A DNA stretch of 64,000 nucleotides from Podarcis bocagei (Eukaryota). Position 1 is the first letter of the stretch. Every line of letters begins with the position of its first letter. Shown piece after piece: positions 1-35,803 of the stretch. Position numbers and translations under genes: made by a program. The notes beneath the pieces were generated by a model, which saw only the letters and a list, made by a program, of their open reading frames with translations, had not been told where the DNA came from and did not search any database. The stretch lies in assembly GCA_964188305.1 (NCBI GenBank), contig OZ076886.1; one strand, given 5' to 3'.

Positions 1-559
1 AATATGCTGCACAGTGGAGTATGTCATTTTTCTTGTTTCTGTAAATGCTAGTTAGGAACAGATCAGTTTAACAACTAAAATATAGGTTGGAATGAAAGAA
101 CTCATGAACTAAAATACAGCTGCATTCTCATTGAATTAAATTACAAAAAAATGTATGTGGGATTTCTTTGTAAGAAGAACTTTTTGCCATAAATTGCAGC
201 GATAGAGTCCTATTCATCCTAGATTAGATAAGGTTGATCTCTCCCCTTGGTATTTATTATTTATGCTCCATACTGTAGACACACAGGTGTGCTGCTTTCA
301 GCAACACTTTGAGCTTTTACTTTTCATAAGATAAGAACAGGATAATGGTTTGTTTTTTAAAATAATAATAATAATATAATCAATCAAGTATCACAAAATA
401 GCAAGCAAGTCAGCTTTCAGGTTCTCAAGAACTTCAGCCTGGATCAAGATAAAAAGGGGGTGGGGAAGCTGGAGAACAATGCTATCAGTGGCTACTAGTC
501 ATTGATGCCTAAGTACCTTTTAATAATTAAAAAAGAGAATAATATTGACAAAATTTTGA

Positions 560-785
560 AAAGGGCATGGATAAGCTGTATTAGTCATGAAGGCTACATG
601 CTGCCTACAGGATCAGAGACAGCATGCCTCTGAATGCCTTTCACTGGGAAACAATAGCAGCAGAGGGATATTGCCCTCATCCCCTGCTTGTGGACTTCAC
701 ATAAGAGGCATCTGACTGGCCAGTGCGGGATACACAATGCTGGACTATATAGGCCTTTGGTCTGATCCAGCAGGCCTCTTCTTGT
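560..785 (+). mobile_element. Old CR1-family LINE 3' end fragment
   Basis: Ends ...gctggactatataggcctttggtctgatccagcaggcctcttctt; related to the inverted copy at 4072-4426. Confidence 0.6.
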
Positions 786-860
786 ACAGACCTGATACTG
801 TTGCCGAGGTCTATACTTTATTTTACAAAAAGTGTTTATTAAGTGCTATGGAGACATTAT

Positions 861-1215
861 GGTGCTGGAGGAGACTCTTGAGAGTCCCATGGACTGCAAG
901 AAGATCAAACCTATCCATTCTGAAGGAAACCAGCCCTGAGTGCTCACTGTTAGGACAGATCGTGAAGCTGAGGTGCCAATACTTTGGGCCACCTCATGAG
1001 AAGAGAAGACTCCCTGGAAAAGACCCTGATGCTGGGAAAGATGGAGGGCACAAGGAGAAGGGGATGTCAGAGGACGAGATGGTTGGACAATATTCTCGAA
1101 GCTACCAGCATGAGTTTGATCAAACTGCGGGAGGCAGTGGAAGACAGGAGTGCCTGGCGTGCTCTGGTCCATGGGGTCATGAAGAGTCAGACACGACTAA
1201 ACAACAACAACAACA
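861..1215 (+). mobile_element. Bov-B (RTE) LINE, 5'-truncated 3' end
   Basis: Encodes WCWRRLLRVPWTARRSN and GHLMRREDSLEKTLMLGKMEG; (CAA)n tail; 13-bp TSD ATGGAGACATTAT at 848-860 and 1216-1228. Confidence 0.92.
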
Positions 1216-3269
1216 ATGGAGACATTATTAGGCTAGGTTAGTTACAACCACAAAATGATTGTAAGAACAATGAAAAATAGTTTTCATTTAAAAAACAATT
1301 CCACATATAATACCAATTACAAACAATCAAAAACACTTCTACAGATGAAAACGGTTAAAAATCGTTCAAATACAGATGCAAACTGGGATAGAAATCTTCA
1401 TTTAAAAAAGATAGATATTCATGTGCACAGAATACCCATGAAGAGCATAGGTCAAATTGTGTTGACTTTCTTTTAAGGCTGTCTCCCGCTCTCCTGCTCT
1501 GTGGCACCAGTGGACTTGTTCCCCTGTGGTGTGTGGGGCTACTTTCCCCCCTATACTTCATGCCTTTTTGACATGGACTTGCGCAGTTAGCATTTGTGCT
1601 CAGTACATATGTTTATTCAAAAGACACCTGCTCCATTGTAACTTGCATCCTATAGCGTGATATCTTAAGGCAGTTTTCTCTGCCTCTGGGTGATGGCTGT
1701 TTGAATCTGTAAAGACGGATAGAATCATCTCCCCTGCATAGCTTGGAAAAGTGAACAGCAGGATATAATTTCAAAGAGGTAGAAAAACATCAGTAGCTGG
1801 CCTCCTATGGTTGTTCTCCATTTTCATATTAACAGCTGAAATGCTTTGTACAATTGCCAGCGCATCTCCCAATAGGCCTTATTCCCAAGATGCAATTTGG
1901 GTGTAAGTTAAAAGTTTCCTGTATTAATTCCACAGCGCTATATCCCTACAGTATATTGTGTGACCCCTGGGTGAGTATATTGAACATTCTGATTTTTTCC
2001 TTCCTTTCTAAGTTGCTGTTTATCAACAGTCTTAAATTTATTAAGAGATGAGTGGTGTGAATTTTCCCAGATTCTTTCCCCCCCCCCCCAAGTAATTTAT
2101 TTCATTTGAGACGGTTGCTGATGACGAATGGGTTGGGTAATAATTTATTTCTTCCCTTTGAATCCTGGTTTATGATTAAAAAAATAGGAACTTGTTTCAA
2201 TTACTCCTCAGGATGTGGCTATTAAGATATTATAAACTCTTCTCCCCCACTCCCAATCAATTCTGTAAACAGTGTGTCAACGTGTTGGGAACATTTAGTG
2301 ACTGAAGCGGTTACTTTGGCCAGAAACATGAATTGTAGTGCACAGTGTAATCCCATTTGTTTCAATCAGCTGTCTTTTTGGAGTGGAGATTGTAGCCTTT
2401 AGATGTCTGGCTGAAATGCTGAAATGCAAGAGTTAACAGGACGTGGGAGACTACAAGCCTTCCCGAAACCTTGAGACAGTGTGGAAAACAGGTTATATAC
2501 ATGAGATAAATGTAACATGATGAAACAGTTTTGGCCACCTGGAAGGTTTTGCTAGTCTTATAATTAACGCTATTCCCATACGGGGTGACATTAAATTGAT
2601 AAAGCAGCACCTTACCTGTAGAATGCAACATCTGTACTTAGAATCCTCAAGAGATGTGCAGACAACTGTTTACTTTGTAGGAACAAAGCTCTGTGGAGAC
2701 AGCAGCAGTGAGTCAGACCCGTGTTTTTAATATATCAGCCATCAGGTGAAGTGGCAAGAAGATCACTAAACAACTTAGACCTGTCTAATAGAGTCTGACT
2801 TGCATGGCCACAACACTTGCCATCACATGGGTACAGAAAGCATCAAACCTCCCCTTTTGTCAGTGAAGATGTTTGCATGGTGTTTTCCGTGCTCTTTGTA
2901 CTGGGTATTAGATTACAAGGCGCTTGACTAATTCCCATGGCAGGTGCTTGGGAAGCAATGTAATTAGCCCATTAAGATCAGGTAATTTCTTGTAAAGTCA
3001 ATCAAGTGCATAGAGCAGGCATATCAGTTGCCACTTTGCCTCCAGTTCCCCCCTCCCTAGTTTTGGGATATTAGTGTCTCTCCCCCCCCCCATCATAGAG
3101 AAGCTAAATTTCAATGACTAGATACTGAAATTCATCAGAAATCCCATGTTTCCTTGGCTATGATTTTTTTGTTTGGAGTGCATTTCTTTGCCTTAAAAAA
3201 ACCTAGATAAACAAAAAGCATATGTTATAACAACTGAAATATATTTCAGTGCAAGAGCTAAATTATATT

Positions 3270-3499
3270 TTAAAAAATCATGCTATTACTAGCTGCTGCT
3301 AGAAAAGAGGTTGCTAAACAACCCATTGGGGAAGTTCATCCTTTAAACGTTGTTAAGAATTGGATGGTTGGAACAGAGTATGCGGTAATAATGGGAAAAT
3401 TAAAAGAACAATGGAAGAAGGAGAAGGGAAGTAAACAAATGTACTATTTTATTGGTGGGTATTTTATTGTGTAAAATGTATAACTGAAAATCTCAATAA
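3270..3499 (+). mobile_element. Degenerate L1-like LINE 3' end
   Basis: LLLAAARKEVAKQ...W...EYA..MGKL resembles the reptile L1 ORF2 C-terminus; followed by AATAAA and an (AAT)n tail. Confidence 0.45.

Positions 3500-3562
<63 letters not shown>
3500..3562 (+). repeat. (AAT)21 microsatellite
   Basis: Perfect trinucleotide run. Confidence 0.95.
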
Positions 3563-3564
<2 letters not shown>

Positions 3565-4071
3565 ATTAGAATGAAAGATTTAACTTTTTTTTTTACATAA
3601 GCTGTTGATATTCCGTAAAACACAATAAACTGAACTGAATAGATTAAGTTTCTTAGTTTATCTATGCATTCTGAAACAGAAAAGAATTTAAACTGTATTT
3701 ACTGGGTGGTTATTTTACTGTTAACACGTTAAAAATTGCACTTAACTCTGCTGTGAAATTTTCGAAAGTTTCCCCAAGGTTACAAATGCGATTCTCTTAA
3801 CTGTGCTTTGATTTTTACCTTTCGGGAACTCTGCAACGTTTATTTTGTTTTTCTTAAAACAATTTTTTTTTTGCTGTGTAGCACTGAGGAGATTGTGCTA
3901 TACCCCAGAGATGGTTCTGTTTCAATCCTAAATTGATTTCTGGGGAAATTTGTTTGTATGTAAAGGCTTCGTACTCCTATGATAGCAATTATGATTGTGC
4001 TAAATTTCATTAACTTTTCAATTAGAAACAAAACTCCCACTCAGACTGTATGATTTATTATTTCTGTGTAG

Positions 4072-4426
4072 CATAAGATCATAAGCAGAGCCTGCTGGAT
4101 CAGGCCAATAACCTGTCTAGGCCAGCAACCTGATTTCACAATGACCTACCAGATGCCTGCAGGAAACCCACCAGCAGGATTCAAGTACAGGACTGCTCTC
4201 CGCTTCTGTGGTTTCCAGCAACTGATATTCAGAAGCATTGTTGCCTGCAGCTGTGGTGGCAGAGCATAGCAGTTGTGGCTTGATAGCGCTCTCCTCCTTG
4301 AATTTCTGTAATCCTATTTGAAAGCCATCTAGGCTGGTCGCGATCTCTGTCTCCTGTGTGAGTGAGTTCCATAGTTTAACTGTATGCTGAGTAAAGAAAT
4401 ACTTTCTTTTCTCTGTCCAGAATCTT
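4072..4426 (-). mobile_element. Old CR1-family LINE 3' fragment
   Basis: Starts cataagatcataag (reverse tail) then gctggatcaggcc; ends in a reverse ORF2 C-terminal remnant. Confidence 0.65.
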
Positions 4427-4793
4427 GTAACTATGGAAGTGACACTTTTACCTCACTGCTGTGGTGACACTAGGTCTAATCTCCTTCATTAGACTGATAA
4501 AATCTCTGCTCACTCCTTTTCTAATGAACAGGAATAAGTATGTTTCACTGTGATGCCGGAGCAGGTACTGTCCATGTGGGAATGGATTTTACAAGCAGTG
4601 AAATGTTTTTCAGCAGATAGCACATTGCTCAGAGGAGCAGCTAGCACAGGGATTGCAGCTGTGAATAAGCACCCATCCATTCAGATCCATCCTTTTCAGA
4701 AAATGAGGTGCTACACACTATGTGCCCTGACAAATAGGTGCCCACAGCAGTCTTACTAAGGCTAGAACCAAGATGATCAAGGGTCTGGAGCTA

Positions 4794-5029
4794 CGGTGTT
4801 ACCTCCATTTACGAACTTAATTTGTTCTGGAGGTCCATTCTTAATCCGAAACCATTCTTAACCTGAGGCGCACTTTTGCTAATGGGGCCTCCTGCTGCGC
4901 CGCCGGTGCACGACTTCCTCTTGCATCCCGGGGCAAAGTTCGCTACCCGGAACACCTACTTCCGGGTTAGCGGAGCTCATAATCTGAAGTGTTCGTAAGG
5001 AGGACGGTACGTAACCCAAGGTTCCACTG
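4794..5029. mobile_element. Tc1/mariner (Tigger/pogo-like) MITE, copy 1 of a tandem pair
   Basis: TA|CGGTGTTACCT...AGGTTCCACTG|TA; same family as 41991-42216. Confidence 0.8.
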
Positions 5030-5031
5030 TA

Positions 5032-5261
5032 CAGTGGTACTTTGGTTTACAACCATAATCTCTTCCGGAGGTCCGGTTGTAAACCAAAACAGCTTGTAAC
5101 CCAAGGCATACTTTCGCCAATGGGGCCTCCAGAAAAAAATTGGGTTGTAATAAAAAAAAGGGGGTTGTAATCCAAAAAAAGGGACAAGCACTTCCGGGTT
5201 TGACGTGACTATAATCCAAAACGGTTGTAATCCAAAACAGTTGGAAACCAAGGTACCACTG
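5032..5261. mobile_element. Tc1/mariner (Tigger/pogo-like) MITE, copy 2 of a tandem pair
   Basis: TA|CAGTGGTACTTTGGTTT...AAACCAAGGTACCACTG|TA terminal inverted repeats (TIRs); internal GTTGTAA subrepeats. Confidence 0.85.
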
Positions 5262-7379
5262 TAGTCTTAGCCTCATTATCCCCACCTATGCCAGCAGTCT
5301 GTGCTGTGAGGCAGGGAACAGGAAATGTTCAGTTGGTGAAATTATGCTGAGACATGGTGTAAGACGAAATATACAAATCTCAAAGATTGTGGTGAACAGC
5401 ACTCTGTTCCTCTGGCATCATGTCTGTGACCTCATGCTGCACCGCCAAACCTCAGCTTGAGGTCAGGGACAATCTCAGCTATGCAGCAGAGCTTTGCTTA
5501 GATATAAAATCTGAGCACTTCACAAAGTGGCCAAGCAATACTTTCTTGCATCTGGGAAATTATTTTGCCCCCAGCTGTTTCTCACAATTAAACATTCATG
5601 AAAAGTTCCTGGGCTATTCTTCAGAAAAAAAGAAAGAAATCACAAATGCATCAGAGATGTCAGGCTCTGGAACCCCCCCCCCCAGCTCCATTTTGGAAAC
5701 TCTTGCAGTCGGAGAAGTGCTTAGTTATGTGAGACTAGCTATATATAAAAACACGTTGTATTGGGGAAAACATAAATATTAGGGGAAATATGCAGTACAG
5801 AAATGTGTGCATAAGGCAGAATTGCACACACAAAAATAATATTTGAAAAACGTTTGCACTAAAATACTGATGAATTTTCATAAAGACTTAAAAGTTTTCT
5901 GTAAACTCATGTGGAGAACTAAGTAGAAGACTGGTAAAATGTGAAACTAAAATGGACAGATTTGCCCATCCCTAATAGCAGTGAACATGGTGCAGGCTGG
6001 TTGTTGTTTTTTAAGCTTTTTCACATTCTTTCTTTGCTTTTAAATTGCTGTTAGGTTTCTTCTGTGGAAATGGCAGCCTTTTCTAAATTAAGTGATATTA
6101 GAAAGAGGTACTGGAGACTTGCATCATATTTCTTTCAGCTGGTGCAGACTTTTGTTTTGGTTGCTGTGGACTAGAATGACAAACTGGTTGTTGCTTGTTG
6201 CTGTCTGTAAGTAGGACAGAGACAGCCAGCTGTTCCTCGTACGTAGATGCTGCGTGAGTGGCTGTCACTGTTTTTATCAGTAGCTCATGGCAAGACTGAC
6301 AAATACTTTTTATGTGGCCTGGATGATGTTGCTAATGCAACAGCTACAACAAAAGGGTGGGGAATTAACTTCATACAACATGGGCTTGTTCACATGAACG
6401 TATGAACATAGCAGCTAATGCAAGTGAGTAATTAGGATAACTTTGCTGCTGAGGTACCATTTAGGAATTTGGGCGATTTTTCCTTCAATAGAAAATAGCT
6501 ATGACAACTGCTCTTAAAATACACTGATTTGGGGTGCAGTGGGGGTGGCAGCAATGTAATCTTGAATGCACCCACAGATGGGTGGCAGCCTGGGCCAGGG
6601 CTGGAACCCCTGGGGTTCTCTCTCCTTGGTCAAATGCTTCTTTCATCAACTCTTTTCATCTGCAAGGAGTCATGTATCATTCAGAAGGTTCCTGTCACAC
6701 TGTGATTAGACCCCAGCTTCATCCCAAAGGGTAATTCCATCTTTCACAGGGCTCAAGAGAGGTCCTCCTTTCCCCCTACCCAAAGTCCGACAGGGGGAAG
6801 GAATGGCACACTGGATGTGTGCAGGGCCATCAGGATCCCCTGCACATCAGAGGCCAGGATGTGTTCCCTTCCATCCAGAGCCAAGAGGCACAAGGCCTCC
6901 CCTTGTGTAGCTCTGTTCTGGCCACGGGAGCGGCAGCATTCAGTTGCTCCTGATCTAGCAAAGCTACCCACCCTTAGAGGAGGGTTCATTCTCCAGGGTC
7001 GGCTCTTCCTTCCCAAGAGCCACAGCCAGACACATAAGTGCTGCTCTTGGAAATGGAAAGATCGGGCAACTCTCCGGGAGTTACAACCATTTTAGCTGTA
7101 AACTCAATGCTTTTATGCAGAATTTCACAAGCTTCCCACAAGACACCAGGTGTACTGGGAATCTATTGTTACACTGGCAGGGAAGCCTACAGAAATTATT
7201 AAAAGGGAAATACAAAAAGAACCCAAAAGCTATTAAATTGCAGGGTTGACTGGCAGTAAGCACCCATCTTGGCTGGGAGTCCTGGAAGGCCTTTCCCCAC
7301 CTGGCCGGGGAGGGCAGAGCCTGGACTGACTCCAGCTGCAAAAGCAGAGGTTGTTGAACAGACTGTTGGGCTGGAGAGC

Positions 7380-7572
7380 TGCTGTTGGTTTTTTGTATCT
7401 TTGTTTTAGATCCTGCTATGATTTATGTGGAAATTGTTCAGTGTGGTTATATTTTTTTAATGTTTTGCTTCCTGTTTATGACTACTTTTGTTGTAGTTAT
7501 GTGGGGTTTTTTCATGTTGTAAGTCACCATGAGTGTGGTTTGAACTGTGGAAAGGTGGCATACAAATAAAAT
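7380..7572 (+). mobile_element. L2-type LINE/SINE 3' tail
   Basis: T-rich run then tgtaagtcaccatgag...gaaaggtggcatacaaataaa, a typical squamate L2 stem-loop tail. Confidence 0.45.
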
Positions 7573-7789
7573 GATGTCTGTATGTCTATGTCCCCAGCAT
7601 CATTGGCAGGTGGGATCAGGATCTGCTTCACCAGGTGGTATGTGGGGGGTCCTATGGGGGGCATAATTGGGAATTGCAATCCATCTCATTAGCAGCACCA
7701 CTGCCTTGGCAGCACTTGGTACCTGAGCTCCTCTGGGTGGCCATTTGACCTTCGCCTTCCACCTTCATGAGTATTACAAGCTAGATAAA

Positions 7790-8132
7790 TGTAAAGGTAC
7801 CCAGTTGCGGACGACTCTGGGGTTGCACACTCATCTCACTCTATAGGCCGAGGGAGCCGGCGTTTGTCCACAGACAGCTTCCGGGTCATGTGGCCAGCAT
7901 GACTAAGCTGCTTCTAGCAAAACCAGAGCAGCGCACAGAAACGCCGTTTTACTTTCCCAGTGGAGCGGTACCTATTTATCTAGTTGCACTTGACGTGCTT
8001 TTGAACTGCTAGGTGGGCAGGAGCAGGGACCAAGCAACGGGAGCTCCCCCTGTCGCAGGGATTTGAACTGCCGACCTTCTGATTGGCAAGCCCTAGGCTC
8101 TGTGGTTTAGACCACAGTGCCACTCGCATTCC
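7790..8132 (-). mobile_element. Sauria SINE (Squam1)
   Basis: gacgactctggggttg...cttccgggtcatgtggccagcatgact...tacctatttatc body; perfect 16-bp TSD TTACAAGCTAGATAAA at 7774-7789 and 8133-8148. Confidence 0.9.
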
Positions 8133-9919
8133 TTACAAGCTAGATAAACTTTTTTTTAAAAAAGTTACTTCTTGCCAGTGGTGACAACCCACATAGGATC
8201 ATGTTTCTCCCTACAGATAAGGAACTTATCACGGTGAGTACCAACATTCACATAAAAGAAGATGTAGAAGTCACATCCAGAACGTACATTATGTTGTCAT
8301 GGAGGTGGCCTAGTCGGAAGTATGTCAATCGATAAGTTCAAAAAGAACACTGAACTTTTTTTGCCATTACAGTCTTCCTGAAATCGCACCTTACACGATA
8401 GAAGCTTTTGTTCATTGTTGTAAAAGTGCTTTCAATGGACTAAGCATGTCCTAAATGTCTTGCCAAGGGTACTTTGCTTTTGGGGAAAAGAGCCTGATGC
8501 ATTAAGGAAAGCAGCTGAAAAGTCAAAGCCAATAGAAGTTGTGTTTCCTGCTGTGTTTGTTCCAAGCGAAAAATCAGTGAAATTGGGTTCCATATCCTGA
8601 TGGCTGGCTATCTGGGTCATACTTCTAAAACACTGAAAGGAAAAGGATATTTAAAAAATACAAAATTGAAAAGGAAAAGGTGCTCTAGTGTTTACAGTAA
8701 TCTATAATATATAGAGTGTCTTGGAGTTTATACTTGGGATTACATTAGTTATCCCGGAGGACAATCAGGATGTTCAAGGGAAATGGCAAACCTTATGTTT
8801 GGACAGTAACATTGGGGGAGAAGGAGTATGTTGCGATTATTATGCATTTCATTTGGGATGGTAATACCCAGTTCCTGTTGCCATTTTTTGGGGATAGTCT
8901 TCAGATTGGAAGACTCCGTAGAGCAGATTTTGAGAGTGTGTAAGGAGAGGAAGGAGAAGTCCTGTTCCATTAGGGGAACTGCATGGGCACCTTGGATTCA
9001 ACCAATAATGTTCAATAATGTTGCACCAATATATTCTATTTTAACACTTTTCAAATCTTAATAGCCATGGGAGGAATTCATTGTTGTGCGAAGGTAAATA
9101 TTCTTTCAGCGCAAGCATTTCAGTTCAACAGAACATTCTCCTCTCTCCTCCCCCTGCACACCGTTCTATGGGTTCTTCCAACTCCCCCAGTGCTATATTT
9201 GAGAGACATGGGAGAAGCCTTGTTGCACTAGCAGAAATCCTTGTGCATGCTTCTGCTAACAGGACTAATAAATCAATGGCCTCACATGTTTACTGGCCTC
9301 TTTGGCATTTCAACCACAAAGTGGGGGAGACAACTGCAAGCAGTTCTATTGGTGGTGGTGGTGGTGGTGAGAATCCAAACATGGTCAGTAGTATAATATC
9401 TTTATAAGGACTATTTTAAAAAGTAGTGCAATCACTTTCAAGTGTCACAGAACTCTTCATCAAGCTTCACACAAAGAAATAAGGGGAAAGGAACAAGAAG
9501 GGGGAAATAATGTTGCTCAATAGAGGACATGGCCAGAAGCACTTTCTGCAATGTATTACAGCTGTTGAGGAAGTTGATGGGCAATTAAAAAGTTATTTGT
9601 AGACAAATTAAGTTGATTGTGCCCAGAGTGAAAGATCAGAAGTTGTCCCTGTATTACTAAATGGAACATATGGGCTCCAGACAGCTTTTTGTTCATTTTA
9701 CAGAGTTTTAACTGCAGGTATGATTACAATCAGTGGGTGGCATGTAACAGAAGGACTTGAGGATCATTCTATAGATTGCTAAGAGTGATTTGGGTGTCCT
9801 TCAGTTTTTACGAGGAATGTGATCATGCTGCAGTAAATCCCCCCCCCCCCCCGATATAATACTAACTACTACTGGAACCTTCTCTCTCTCTTTCTCTCTC
9901 TCTCCATCTTTCATTTTAG

Positions 9920-34476
<24,557 letters not shown>

Positions 34477-35322
34477 AATCAGTTTAGCTTCTGCTGAGGT
34501 CTTGCTGTCCAAGGTCCAGGCGTCTACTTTACCTACTTCATGGAGCTCAACAAATCAAACTGCACACTGCTATCAAGACAAGGCAGACAGCTTCCCTTAC
34601 TATGGGCTCTCCAAACCAGAAGCTGAGTGTCTCCTTCCACCATAAGGAGTTAGGGCCTAGTCTCTTGCAGCAGTGCATAAGGCGCAAATTCTCATTTTAT
34701 GCCTTTTCCGGTGTTTTAAAAAAGCAGGAAAGAAGGTGGTGTTTTCCCCTCAAAGGGAACAAGAATGAAGAAAGGTCATATTTTCTTTATGTAGCTTTTC
34801 TGTGGCAGGATGTAGGGTTTGCTGATTACTGGGCTGTCAACTGCCTGTAGGAAAGTGATAAGGTTTTTATTAAGTGTTTGTTAGGTGGGTGGCTGCATAT
34901 TTTAATAGATGTTTCAAAGAGATGGTCCGAAACTAAAATTGTGCAAATGGACAACAAGAGAGTCCAATGTCAACACCAGCTTTTTCTGCACCAGCAACTA
35001 CTCTGATCTAAAGCTTATATTTAGTACACCAGCTCAAAATATAAAAAGAATTATTATTTGCCATGGATTCCCCCCTCCACACACTATTGGCACTATATAT
35101 GTAGCGTTCAAGGGCAAATGGATGTGGTGAGTGTGTGATCTTAGAGTTGCTATGTGAATCAGAAATTGAATTGTTGGCAGGTAGGTACAAACAAAGATAT
35201 AAGTCGCTAAAATCTTCTAAGGGGATGTGGTTAGATAGAACTCACCAGCAAGTACAACTGACAACTCTAACTGTGGGGGATGGGGCTGAACTTAAAACAT
35301 TGTTTTTGTTTTTTAAAAATGA

Positions 35323-35328
35323 AATAAA
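35323..35328 (+). terminator. Candidate STK32A polyadenylation signal (AATAAA)
   Basis: First AATAAA I found after the STK32A stop, about 850 nt downstream; motif only. Confidence 0.3.
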
Positions 35329-35787
35329 GGCTGCATAATCAGGAATAGTCATTCAGCAAAGGTTGATGCCCCCTAAAAACAATATGACAGCACATCACAC
35401 TTAATTGTATGAAGCCTATTACCTTTGTAGCCTTAGGTTGCTATTTGACACTGTATGCACTCAGATCTGCTAGGAGCTGCCAAAGGGGAATGAGCAAGTG
35501 AGGTGGAGCGAGCGTATAAAGCATAACAATTACATAAACCTCCATTTTTGGCAATATTAAGAATAGTTCTTTAAGGAAAACCAATATTATATGTATCAAA
35601 AATTCACTAGATTTTTGCTCTGTCCTGCTTCAGGACTTTAGCCATCGTCTCGCCATGTTCTCTTCTCTCCATGTTTCCGCTGGAACGCAGCTGGCCAAGT
35701 GATCTCACCGATGTGAAAGTCAAGCCCATAGTTTGCAACCGGGAGTCAAAATGAGCCGAGTGATTATTCCACCACTCTTGCGGCCAA

Positions 35788-35803
35788 CTGCCCCCTGGTG
35801 GCC
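35788..35803 (-). promoter_or_regulatory. CTCF-binding motif
   Basis: Minus strand GGCCACCAGGGGGCAG is a near-consensus CTCF core in a locally CpG-containing segment. Confidence 0.6.

Noticed and set aside
737-1241. Overlapping 164-, 108- and 85-aa ORFs as a small gene
   Set aside because: Explained by the frameshifted Bov-B fragment and its flanks.
5075-5250. Regularly spaced GTTGTAA..CCAAAA repeats as a CRISPR-like array
   Set aside because: Short, imperfect subterminal repeats inside a TA-flanked MITE in a vertebrate genome; no cas genes.
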